Part shown: positions 50,357-61,607 of the stretch, one piece after another | How positions within the stretch are numbered: position 1 is the stretch's first letter | How the letters are laid out: every line of letters begins with the position of its first letter | Source: Chiloscyllium plagiosum | Taxonomy: Eukaryota | Assembly (NCBI RefSeq): GCF_004010195.1 | Contig: NC_057752.1 | Location: 14,099,419-14,161,025 of the forward strand | Length of the DNA stretch: 61,607 bases | Reading direction: 5' to 3' | Made by a program: the position numbers and the translations under genes | Notes under the pieces: generated by a model | Seen by the model: only the letters and a program-made list of their open reading frames with translations | What the model was told of the DNA's origin: nothing | Databases searched by the model: none

Positions 50357-51169
50357 ATGCCTTGTCTTCAGGCACAGTATGGGACCTTGCCACAAAGTGG
50401 AGGACCATATGAGGATTACAGTTCTGATTTCTTGACTCCTGAGTTTGTAAAGCTTGGAATGGACCTCGGCACCACAGAGATCGCTGCCACCACCTCTCTT
50501 CCCAGCTTCAACACGTTCATTGACAGCAACAACGGAGACTTTGACGCCTACTTGTACCAACTGATGCTTACCAACCAGCAGTCTCCATTTAAAGTGGAAG
50601 ACGTTCAGATGTTTGGCTGTTACCCAGCCTCAATCAACATGCATTTGGAAGAGGTGCTACCTCAGTGTGGATCTTCTCAATATTACAATGGATCTTGTTC
50701 CATCCCCTCACCTTCAACCCCCACTTTTCAAATGCAGCAAGTGTCCATATGGGATGATTCTTTTCCTCATCATTCACTACAATATGGTGAGGTGGATCAT
50801 TTGTTAGATCAACAAAAAAATGTGTCCCAACTTTCATTCTTTTCCTTTAAGCAGGTACCTTCAGAGTCTCCTGTGCCACAATGCCACATGAGGCTCGATG
50901 CGAGTTCCCATGGAGCTAACCCTGTCCACCAGCTTGTTGATACCATGTCTTATGATGCCACCAACCAAGCCTCCATGAATTTTCCTGCTCTCCCCATGGA
51001 CCGTGGACCACGGCTCTTGGATAGTCCCATTGTTATAGACAATCCCATCCCCTCTCCACCGGTTCGTAACCCCCCTTCCAATGAGGGCCAGTGCGCGGTG
51101 TGTGGAGATAACGCTTCCTGCCAACATTACGGTGTACGGACCTGTGAAGGATGCAAAGGTTTCTTCAAG
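50357..51169 (+). CDS. NR4A1: NR4A nuclear receptor (Nur77/NGFI-B), first coding exon: AF-1 plus first zinc finger (partial CDS)
   Basis: MPCLQAQYG start; [26 protein letters not shown]. Acceptor TTGCAG at 50354 (exon starts 50355); donor AAG|GTATTT after 51169 (271 codons, phase 0). [14 protein letters not shown] and [13 protein letters not shown] favour NR4A1 over NR4A2/3. Confidence 0.9.
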
Positions 51170-51344
51170 GTATTTGATCAGTTACTTGAGCCTTAGCACT
51201 AGTTGGGGGGAGATAGTTTTGGTTCTGTTTGATAATGCAAAGCCGATCATCGGGAATCAGAAGTCTGTTGTACATTTCTTCTTCCACTTTATAGTTTGCC
51301 CATTCTGTTTGCCAAAGTGCCATGCAGAGCGAGCTCATGGCTCA

Positions 51345-51690
51345 ATGGGTGGGTAGTACTTACGCTTTGGTATCATGAAGGTTCAGGCTCCAGTTCAGGC
51401 CTCATTTGTTTTCCTCCGGGGGTCATGGAAGAGCCCACATTGCTGTTTCAAAGAAAGTCAGAGGTTGGGGGAGGGGGGGGGGGGTATTCTCCCCAATGAT
51501 CTGGCCAATATTTATCTCTCAATTAACATCCCACAAAACTCAGCCTGAACCAAAGCTGTTTGTGGGAACTTGCTGTGCATAAGGTGGCTGCTATGCTTCC
51601 TATTGTGTAATAGTGACGCTCTTCGGAAGCATTTCATTGGCTGTAAAATCACTGTGCAGGCATGAGGTGCTACAGAAATGGCAGGGCATT
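51345..51690 (+). mobile_element. Deu-domain SINE (degenerate)
   Basis: CTGGCCAATATTTATCTCTCAA..GCTGTTTGTGGGAACTTGCTGTGCA..TTCATTGGCTGTAAA. Confidence 0.6.
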
Positions 51691-51899
51691 TATTCAGCAA
51701 GTTAAAGATTTGTGTCTTCCATGTGCTATGATAACTTTGATGCCAAATGCCAAGTTGTTACTCGAAGAAAATTGGTACTGATGTGTAAGTTTCTTTATTG
51801 CAATCAGTAACACACATCATTGGTTTACAGGAATTATATTTTGTAAGGTACAATTCTCCAAAATCCAGCTAAATCCGTCATAAGGCTGTCAGTGCTGCA

Positions 51900-52155
51900 A
51901 GTCATAGAATCAAAACATCACAGAAGCAGGCCACTCAAGTCCACACCAACCCTCCAAAGAGCATTGCACCCAGACTCACCCCACCCTTGTAATCCTGCAT
52001 TTTCCATGGCCAACCTACCTAACCTACACAGTCTTTGGACTGTGGGAGGAAACCCCACAGAGACACAGGGAGAATCTCAAACTCTAAACAGTCACCCACA
52101 GGTGCGATCAAACCCAGGTACCTGGCGCTGTGAGGCAGCAGTGCTAACCACTGAT
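51900..52155 (-). mobile_element. HE1-like SINE
   Basis: Reverse complement of the SINE at 4951. Confidence 0.78.
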
Positions 52156-52409
52156 TCACCTGTCTGTTGACTCTTGGAGCTATCTTTCCTTTGTCCTTCC
52201 TCCATTCAGGTTGCTTCTATGCTGCACCCACCCCCCACCTCAGCTTTGGTCTTTCGTGTTGTACTTTCCCAGCTCTGACCTTTACCGTAACCTTCTGAGA
52301 GCTGCCGAACAGAAACACACTGCCATAATCTAAGTTAAGGTCTGAATTGCAAGGTCTGAATTTACTTCATGGTTAAAACTGTGATCCTTTCTGAGGATCT
52401 CTAATGCAC

Positions 52410-52790
52410 TAAGTTTTTAAAAGTTTCTTCCTTTGTGGTAGCTGAGCATCAGCAGCAAGGCCCACATTTGTTACCATCCTGAGTTGTTTTGAACTAAATG
52501 ATTTGCAAGACCTTATCAGAAGGCACTTAAGAATTAACCACATTATTGTGGGTCTGGAGCCACATGTAGGCCAAACCTGGTAAGGAAGGCAAACTACTTC
52601 CCTAAAGGACATTCGGCACGCAGGTTTTGACTACAGTCAGTTATGGTTTTGTGATCATGTTTACTGAGACAGGCTTTCAATTCCATTGATTTAATTCAAA
52701 TTCCAGCCGTTGCCATGCTGGGATTTGAAACAAGGTCCCCAGAGTAATACCCTGGGTCACTGGATTACTAGTTTGTGACAACACCACTCT
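52410..52790 (-). mobile_element. Family-B partner SINE
   Basis: Reverse complement of 25695-26050. Confidence 0.7.
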
Positions 52791-53124
52791 CACCTCTATA
52801 AATAGAATATAGGACAAAATCAAAAGTGTTGGGATAACACCACAGAGCCTTTGAAATCAATTTAAACACTGCCCTTCTATCAAGAACAAGATCAAAAGAC
52901 ACCAGGGCAGAGAAATTTTCCAAAAGAGCTCCTGCTTAGCTCTTCATTCAAATCCGTGGAAGTTGATTGCCAGGGTCACTATGAGTGTTGAAACTTTGAA
53001 AGCGAGTTGGATAGATACTTAAAAGTGACCAATCTGCAGAGTCCTGCAGTAGTGTGGGACAAATTGGATTGTTCTTTCAAAGTACAGGCTCACTGATCTG
53101 AATGATTGACAGACTGCTGTATTT

Positions 53125-53368
53125 TCATAGTGTGGAAGCAAGCTGTTTGGCCCATTGAGTCCACACCAACCCTCCAAAGAGCATTCTATCCTATCCCTGT
53201 ATTTCTCATGGCCAATCCACCCAACCTGTCCATCTTTGGATTGTGGGAGCAAACCCGCATGGACACAGGGAGAATGTGAAAACTCCACACAGATAGTTGC
53301 TCGAGGGTGGAATTGACCTTTGGTCCCTAGTGCTGTGAAGCAGCTGTGCTAACCACTGATCCACTGTG
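53125..53368 (-). mobile_element. HE1-like SINE
   Basis: Reverse complement of the SINE at 4951. Confidence 0.78.
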
Positions 53369-53559
53369 TAGCCCCTAACGCTTGTCATGCTAGATGGGAT
53401 TTGAGTCCACAATCCCTGGCCTAGGAGGCAAATGCCTTATCCATAAGACCACTCAGGTGAATTTGTAGCACGAGCTATTGAATTTTGTCTTTGTTGTTTG
53501 GATTTACCTATTTCAAAATACTTAGAGCACCCGATCAGTCACAGTTCGTGATTAGAATT

Positions 53560-53990
53560 GTTTTGAGTTATATGGAGAGGCTGAACAGGCTGGGGCTGTT
53601 TTCCCTGGAGCATCGGAGACTGAGGGGTGACCTTATAAAGGTTTATAAAATTATGAGGGGAATGGGTAGGGTAAATAGACAAGGTCTTTCCCCTGGGGTG
53701 GGGGAGTCCAGAACTAGAGGGCATAGGTTTAGGGTGAGAGGGGAAAGATATAAAAGGGACCTAAGGGGCACTTCTTCACACAGAGGGTGGTGTGTGTGTG
53801 GAACGAGCTGCCAGAGGATGTGGTGGAGGCTGGTACAATTACAACATTTAAAAGCCAAGTGGATGGGTATATGATTAGGAAGGGTTTAGAGGGATATGGG
53901 CCAAATGCTGGCAAATGGGACTATATTTATCTGGGATATCTGGTCGGCATGGACGAGTTGGACCGAAGGGTCTGTTTCTGTGCTGTACAG
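53560..53990 (+). mobile_element. CR1 3' end
   Basis: LSYMERLNRLGLFSLEHRRLRGDLIKVYKIM..TRGHRF. Confidence 0.9.
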
Positions 53991-54039
53991 CCCTGATTCC
54001 ATTTGCTTCTCTTTCCTCAAATAGGTTTGGTATGAGGCA

Positions 54040-54362
54040 GAGTCATAGTCATAGAGTCATAGAGATGTACAGCATGGACCCTTCGGTTCAACCCGTCCAT
54101 GCCGATCAGATATTCTAACCCAATCTAGTCCCATTTGCCAGCACCCGGCCCATATCCCTCCAAACCCTTCCTATTCATATACCCATCCAAATGCCTTTTA
54201 AATGTTGCAATTGTACCAGCCTCCAACACTTCCTCTGGCAGCTCATTCCATACACATACAACCATCTGCGTGAAAAAGTGCCCCTTAGGTCCCTTTTATA
54301 TCTTTCCCCTCTCACCCTAAACCTATGGCCTCTATTTCTGGACTCCCCCACCCCAGGGAAAA
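54040..54362 (-). mobile_element. CR1 3' end, inverted relative to 53560
   Basis: Reverse complement of about 53685-53990. Confidence 0.9.
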
Positions 54363-55659
54363 GGGGTGGGATCAACGGATGAGTTCTGATGTTTGTTGAA
54401 CTACTGATGCAATTTAATTGACTCTTTGGGACTTGTATTGATACTGTATTGTACCTTTGAAGATCATAGAAATCTTAGAGAGCTTCCTAAAATGGCTTAC
54501 TTTTCAATCACTGTTTGCTAGGCAAATTCAGACCAATTTACTCACTTTAGCATTCCACAAACAGTACTGCAATTAATGACCAGATAAATCTGTTAACTTT
54601 AAAAAATGTTAGTGGAGGGATGGATATTAGTCTGAACACAAGGAAAATTCTCAATGAAGTGGAGCTGTGGACGTTTTTCAGTCACCTGAATGCAGAGAGG
54701 CCTCGATTTAATTTGATCTGAAAGATGCATCTCTCTGTGTAATACTGCCTCTACCACCTGAGACTATGTGCTCAAATGTCCGAGTGAGAACACAGTTAAT
54801 GATGAATAGCTCTGTAGCACTGAATGCAAAGCATTGCGAAAAATAGGTTTTGGATGCATTGTTTATATTCTGGACAGTTTCAGGCTGTCCACTGCTTGGT
54901 CTAAGTTTGTTACAAAGTGGCACTCTATGTACAAGCTTAATGAAGTATCTGGCGAAAAAACCTCCAGAAAATAGTGGGCCTTGTACTCCCAATGGTTCAT
55001 TGTTTTTATGGTTTCAAGTGGGGTTAGACCTGGCACTAGGATATAATGGAAAGTGGACTGTATTTGCATTTGAAAACTACATCAACCATTTTTCAATGGT
55101 TCATTCATTTCCACTAAGTATAGAATAATTTGTAGTTATCCCCAAGGCTAGTGCTGTGTGTGCCTTTTCAGTCTTGGCTTGTGGTTCCATGGGAAAATGC
55201 ATGCCAGGGTCATCTAATGCCCAAACGCTGAAACCAAGTGGCTTTTACAGATGTGGCATCGTTTGAAGGACAAACTGAGAGAGGAATGTACAGGAAACTC
55301 AGCTTTCAAGCCACTGAGATAAGGGGGCAAGAGAAAATATCTCCTCAGGGTGAAGGGAGCTACAAACCAAATTCTTTAAAACACTTTTCCCAACTGAATT
55401 TCCATCAGCAACTTCAGAAAAAAGGCTTCACCCTCAGTTGCAACTAACACGTGGAAGGATGTGCTATCCTTTCCTCAGAACCATAGTCTTCTCATCCCTC
55501 TAGCCCAAATCTTTGTCCCAATTCCAACTCTGAAATGAACTAAAATGTTACAGCCACACCAAATTGCATTAGCATGGTGCCTTTAACATGCTAAACCATC
55601 CCAAGGTGCTCCATGGAAGTATAAATCTCTACAAATCTGACATTAAACTGAACAAGAAG

Positions 55660-56470
55660 ATAGAGATGTACAGCATGGAAACAGGTCCTTCGGTCCAACT
55701 TGTCCATGCTGACCAGATATCCTAAACTAATCTAGTCCCATTTGTCAACATTTGGCCCATATCCCTCTAAACCCTTCCTATTCATATACCCATCCATAAA
55801 TGTTGTAATTGTACCAGCCTCCACCATTTCCTCTGGCAGCTCATTCCATACACTTAGCTTAAAAATGTGTTGCTGGAAAAGCGCAGCAGGTCAGGCAGCA
55901 TCAAAGGAGAAGGAGAATTGACGTTTCAGGCATAAGCCCTTCTTCAGGAATGTGCTTTTCCATTGCCACACTTTTTTGACTCTGATCTCCAGTGTCTGTA
56001 GTCCTCACTTTCTCCTCCTTGAAAAATTTGCCTCTTAGTTCCCTTTTAAATTTTAAACCTATGCCCTCTAGTTTTGGACTCCCCTACCCTTGGGACAAGA
56101 CCTCGGCCAATCACCCTGTCCATGTCACATATGATTTTATAAACCACTATAAGGTCACCCCTCAGCCTCCAATGCTCCAAGGAAAACAACTCCAGCCTGT
56201 TCAGTCTCTCCCTATAGCTCCAACCCTGGCAACATCCTTGTAAATCTTTTCTGAACCCTTTCAAGCTTAACAACATCTTCCCTGTAGCAGAGAGACCAGA
56301 ATTAAATGCAGTATTCTAATAGTGGCCTGTACAGCTGCAACATGACCTCCCAACCCCAATACTCAATGCACTGACCAATAAAAGCAAGTGTACCAAACAC
56401 CACCTTCTCTTCATCATCTTGTCTACCTGCGACTCCACTTTCAAGGAACTATGAACCTGCACCCCAAGGT
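55660..56470 (-). mobile_element. CR1 3' fragment interrupted by Penelope-like termini (about 55857-56017)
   Basis: SYRERLNRLELFSLEHWRLRGDL on the minus strand; the insert is homologous to 35299. Confidence 0.82.
55920..55947 (-). ncRNA. Minimal hammerhead ribozyme core (activity untested)
   Basis: Reverse complement is CTGAAGAAGGGCTTATGCCTGAAACGTC (G-U closes stem II). Confidence 0.45.
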
Positions 56471-57984
56471 GGTAAGACAGAAGAACCAACACCTGGCCAA
56501 AGATGTAGATCTCGAGAGGCATTGTAAAGAAACTGGCAGTTGGAGAGGGAGTTCCAGAGCTTACGGTCTTGGTAATGGAATGAACGGCCATCAATGGTTG
56601 AGGGTTGAAAATTGGGGAGGCCAGGCTTGAAGTGCTGTAGAGTCAGAGTAGGCTGCAGAGTTAGGGAGGAATGTGGAGGCTAGAGGGGATTACAGAGATA
56701 GGGACGGTCAAGGTTATGGATACAACTTGGAAGTTACATGACTACCAACCTATTTAATAAGAGACTTGACATTATATAAAAAGGAGAGAAAGTCAAAGAT
56801 AACTGTTGGAAAATATGGAGTGCAAAATCAAGGAAATTCTGCTAATCTGTTTTTAGATGACTGTTTAGGGTTCAGTTAGAGAGCTGTTGATAGACTGGAG
56901 AACATTAGAATGTTGCCCTTACAGCAGTGAAGGTTGAAAGGAAATTTCATACATTCTAAGTTATGAGGGCTCTTGACAGAGTGAAAAATTGTGTCTAGTG
57001 GCAGAAAAAGCTGCTCACCAGAGGACAAAGATTTCAGACAATTGACAAAAGAACCTGAGCATGGGTAAGGAGGCAATTCTTCATGCTGTAAGTTGCTCAG
57101 ATCTAGTGTCCTGCCTGAAAGGATGCTGGAAGCATATTCAATGATGACACTCAAATGAGAGTTGGATAAGTTCCTGAAGGGGAAATATTATCAGGAAAAT
57201 GGGAAAAGAGCAGGGAAGTGGAGTGAATTGGATATCTGTGTCAAAGATTCAATTGAAGCAAGAGTCAAAAAGGTCTTCTGTGTTGTAAAGGGGTAAAAAT
57301 ATTTGCTGCAATTGAAAATATATAGATTGTGGCTCAGTGGACAGTGTCCAACCATAGTGATGTCACCACTGGGGACTTCTATAGTGGAACAACTCTTTGG
57401 CAGACTCTGCCATCAATAGCATGTTCTCCTGCTTTGGATCAACTCCCAGATTAGTGTTTAGAAATGGATTCTGTTGTAGTTTAAATAACTCCTTGTCTCC
57501 CACACCAATATAAAACCTCACTAAATCCCATCTTCTAGGTTGTGAATAAGGAAAATAAGTTTTAAAAAGAAATATGCCAGTGACTATTTTGAAAACATTT
57601 AAAGTCATGCAAGATGTGTGACTGCTTCAAGTGCCTTTTCTGAACTTGTGGTAAAGATTGAGAATGCATTGGGGACCAGGGGAATACCACAGTGATTACA
57701 TTTCCAAGAGAGACCTTTATAACTTGCTCGTGATTCACTTGTGACTAACTCGTGCTTTCACTGAAAAGCAGTGGCCTGAGAATTTCCCCGCCCACTCTTC
57801 CTCCACACATAATCTTTACTCACGAGTACATTTCAAGATCGGTAAGATTAAGGAAGCAGGTTGTTTGCACTGCTGTGATGCTCCCCACTCTTCTCAACTC
57901 TCCTTGTGCTATAAAAACCAACAAAAAGCCTGACTGGTTCCAAGGTTTTGAGAACACAGGGACGGGGAGGTTGTCCAGCTTGAT

Positions 57985-58348
57985 ACAGTGTGTACCATCT
58001 ACAAGATGCGCTGCAGAAATTCACCAAAGCTCCTCAGACAGCACCTTCCAAACCCACAACCATTTTCATCTAGAAAGACAAAGACATCAGATACATGGGA
58101 GCACCAACCCCTGCCAGTTCCCTTCCAAGCCACTCACCATCATGACTTGGAAATATATTGCCGTTCCTTCAGTGTCACTAGGTCAAAATCCTGGAATTCC
58201 CTCCCTCAGGGCATTGTGGGTCAACCCACAGCACATGGACTGCAGCGGTTCAAGAAGGCAGCTCACCCCCCACCTTCTCAAGGGGCAACCAAGGATGGGC
58301 AATAAATTCCGGGCTCAGCCAACGATGCCTACATCCTCTGAATGAATA
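57985..58348 (+). mobile_element. CR1/L2-group LINE family B 3' end
   Basis: CTIYKMRCRNSPKLLRQHLPNP..SWNSLPQGIVGQPTAHGLQRFKKAAH. Confidence 0.85.
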
Positions 58349-58394
58349 GAGATTAAGAAGAATAAAGCATCAAGCTTGTTTTCCCCATTCATTT

Positions 58395-59450
58395 AGGAAC
58401 ATAAGAACAGGAGTAGGCCATTCAGTGATTTATCGCCCAACTTTGTTTTAAATCTGAAATTGATGTTTTTTTTTGTTAAGCAAACAACTGATCAGGCATC
58501 CACTGCTGTTTGTGGAAAAGAGTTGCAAATCTCTTTGTGTGTGGTCTGACCCTAATTCTCAGACTATACTCCCAGTTCCAGAATCCCCAACCAGTGGAAA
58601 TAGTTTATCTTTATCTACCCTGTCTTTCCTGCTAATAACTTGAATAATTTGTTAAGATCACCCCTTAACCTTCCAAATTATGGAGAAAACAGGCCTAATT
58701 TGTGTAATCTCTCCTCATAACTTAACCGCTGAAGTCCAGTCATTCTTGTAAACCTACATTGAACTCCCTCCTAAGGCTAATCTTCCTAAGGTGTGGTGCC
58801 CAGATCTGTTCTCAGTACTCCAAGTGGGGTCTAACCAGGGTCCTGTATAACTGCAGCATAACCTCTGCATCCTTATACTCCAGTTCTCCAGATTTAAATG
58901 CCATGAGCTTAGTTGATTATTTTCTGCACCTGTTTGTTGCATTTTAAAGATCTGATCCCCCAAGTCTCTTTGGACATCCACTGCGTTTGACATCATACCA
59001 TCTAGAAAGTACTCTGATCTATCCTTCCTTGGTCTAAAATGGATAACCTCACACTTGCTTGCATTGAATTCTGTCTGCCATGGTTAGTTCATAGTTCCAG
59101 CTTTCCATCTTCATTCTGTAACCCTTAATAACCAACAAAAATCTTAAATGTTCAATTGACTCCAGAGTGAGGGAGCTCCAGATTTCCACAGTCCTTTGTG
59201 TGAAGAAATTCTTTTTGACATCAAACATTTCCTGACATTAGCACTGAATGACGTGTCTCCAGTTTTAAGGTTTCCCCTGTCCACAATCCCATTTTGGATT
59301 CCTACCAGAGGAAATAGTTCCTCTCTACCTATCCTAACAAATCTTTAAATTATCTCCACTATGTCAATTAGACCAGTATTTAACCTTCTACACATAAAAC
59401 CTGGTCTACACAAGCTCATAATTTAACCCTTTTCGCCCCACTACACTGTA
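58395..59450 (-). mobile_element. Old CR1 fragments
   Basis: Reversed CR1 3' coding sequence (CCAAGTGGGGTCTAACCAGGG = LVRPHL) and tails. Confidence 0.7.
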
Positions 59451-59799
59451 CCCACCCTTGTTGGATATCATCGATTCAGCTCCTTCACTGCCTTGTCCTA
59501 AGTAAAGTAACTTATAACCTTTTGTTCTTATTTGATTGACTGCTTACAAATAATTCTGCTTTGCATTAATGTCAGATGTTATTTGCATGTGTTCTATAAC
59601 CACTGAATGTCAAGCAGGCATGTAATTGTATTTACAGTAAGAATAATAAAAGAATCAAGTTAAATTTGGCCCAAAACCACACGATCAGTTTATAAGGAAT
59701 TTACAGTAGACTGGTTCACTAGTATTTGGAGAGGTGACCAGACCATGCTAGCAAGGATTTCACTGCATAGTGTGCATGTAAAAATAGGATGGAGTCAAA

Positions 59800-60075
59800 C
59801 TGAAGCCTCATTTGTCCTCTCAGGTGACAATAAAAAAACATCTCATGGCCACAATTTCTGAGAAGGGCAGAGGTGTTGTTCTTCATCTCTGGGCCAATAT
59901 TTTTCCTCTAACCAGTATTCACAAAAGCAGACCATATTGATTGTGGGAAGTTGATGTGCATTAATTGACTACCTCATTTCCTACATTACAGCAATAACCA
60001 CACTTCACAAAGTACTTCATCATCTGTGAGTTGAAATGCTTTGGGATCTCCTAAGATTTTTAAATATGGACAAGT
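59800..60075 (+). mobile_element. Deu-domain SINE (degenerate)
   Basis: GGGCCAATATTT..TTTCCTACATTACAGCA..AAGTACTTCAT..GCTTTGGGA. Confidence 0.55.
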
Positions 60076-60249
60076 GTATGTTATGGGTTGTCAGTTACAA
60101 TGTCACTGTGCAACTTTAAACTAACCAAATTGTGGAAGCATATAAATTCATAATTCATTAAGTTTTAACAGAATATAGTTCACAATTCTTGGCTTCAACA
60201 TTCCTATGCCTTTTGTGATCAGTTGTTCAGTCTGAATTTCCAACAGTTC

Positions 60250-60912
60250 ACATAAACATAGACAATAGGAGCAAGAGTCGGCCATTCAGCCCCACGAGTC
60301 TGCTCCGCCATTCAGTATCATCTTGGCTGATCATTGAACTCAATACCTTAATCCTGCCCTCTCCCTATATCCCTTGATCCTTTTTGCCAGAAGAGCTACA
60401 TTTAACTCCTTCGTGAAAACACATGTTTTAGCCTCAATCATTTTTTCTGTGGTAGAGAATTTCACAGGCTCCCCCCTGGGTGAAGCCATTTCTCCTCGTC
60501 TCAGTCCCAAATCATTTACCCCTTCTCCTTAAATTATAATCCCTGATTCTGGACTCTCTCACCAAGGGGAACATTCTTCCTGCATCTAACCTGTCTAGTC
60601 CTGTTAGAATTTTATACGTTTCTGTGAGATACTCCTTTATTCTTCTAAACGCTAGTGAATAGAATTCTAACCAACTCCATCTCACCTCATTTGTTAGTCC
60701 TGCCATTCTCAGGAATCAATGTGATACACCTTTGTTACACTCCTCTATAGCGAATACATCCTCTCTCAGATAAGGAGACCAGAACTGCACACAGTACCGC
60801 AGGTGTGGTCTCACCAAGGCCCTGTACAATTGCAACAAGACATCTGTGCTCCTGTGCTCGAATCCTCTCGCTATGAAGGTCAACATACTGTTTGTCTTTT
60901 TTACTGCCTGCT
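60250..60912 (-). mobile_element. CR1 3' fragment
   Basis: LTETYKILTGLDRLDAGRMFPLVRESR on the minus strand. Confidence 0.82.
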
Positions 60913-61202
60913 GCTTCTACTATTGCAATTTTTGAGTTTCAACCTCAATAACGTGAGTGGCATTAGTATTTAATAAACTTCGTGAAATTTGCTTTCATTT
61001 GTCGTTTACTGTTTGCTTAAATGATGGACACATCCAAAGTTATTAATGTTTAAAATAAAGTAGCACAAGTGTGGAAAATATATGTACTATATATATATAT
61101 ATATAGGAAAAGTTACAATGAAAAATGACTGGTTTAAAAAATAATTAAACAAAAAAGCCTCTGAAAACATTATCCAGACTATCTCAGCTCGCAATGACTT
61201 TT

Positions 61203-61607
61203 AGAACATAGAACATAGAACATAGAAGAATACAGCGCAGTACAGGCCCTTCAGCCCTCGATGTTGCGCCGATCCAAGCCCACCTAACCTACACTAGCCC
61301 ACTATCCTCCATATGCCTATCCAATGCCCGCTTAAATGCCCATAAAGAGGGAGAGTCCACCACTGCTACTGACAGGGCATTCCATGAACTCACGACTCAC
61401 TGAGTAAAGAACCTACCCCTAACATCTGTCCTAAACCTACCACCCCTTAATTTAAAGCTATGCCCCCTCGTAATAGCTGACTCCATACGTGGAAAAAGAT
61501 TCTCACGGTCAACCCTATCTAAACCCCTAATCATCAAGTCACCCCTAAACCTTCTTTACACCATTGAAAACAACCCCAAGTGCCTCAGCCTTTCCTCATA
61601 CGACCTT
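61203..61607 (-). mobile_element. Young CR1 3' end, runs off the window
   Basis: (AGAACAT)n tail; nearly identical to 39033-39240. Confidence 0.88.

Noticed and set aside
51170..51196. ORF extension VFDQLLEP* as the true C-terminus
   Set aside because: It is read-through past a canonical GT donor at the conserved NR4A phase-0 junction. An intron-retained truncated isoform cannot be shown from DNA alone.
61086..61104. (TA)n tract
   Set aside because: Ordinary short microsatellite.

Overview
Vertebrate genomic DNA, very probably from a cartilaginous fish (shark), inferred from the HE1-type and Deu-domain SINEs and the CR1 families. More than half of the window is retroelement debris: CR1, a second CR1/L2-group LINE with its partner SINE, Rex1/Babar, a Tx1/L1 fragment and Penelope-like termini. 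All four N gaps fall inside LINE copies. The only host protein-coding sequence I can support is the first coding exon of an NR4A nuclear receptor, best read as NR4A1/Nur77 (50357-51169, + strand: AF-1 domain plus first zinc finger). I did not find the next coding exon before the window ends. Non-repetitive islands at about 8.0, 28.75 and 32.0-32.7 kb carry clustered MEF2 and CRE-like motifs, consistent with an immediate-early promoter and enhancers. A perfect DR1 with an embedded NBRE lies about 135 bp upstream of the coding exon. The most notable hidden signal is a set of very short (about 80-220 bp) insertions carrying a minimal hammerhead-ribozyme core (CTGANGA-A-stem II-GAAACGTC). They have 10-17 bp target-site duplications, and one forms a 187-bp near-perfect palindrome. 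Hammerheads in Penelope-like elements are known, so I do not claim a new system. The local non-autonomous forms and a VNTR-bearing family with a Rex-like tail may be undescribed. Repeat boundaries were read by eye and are approximate.
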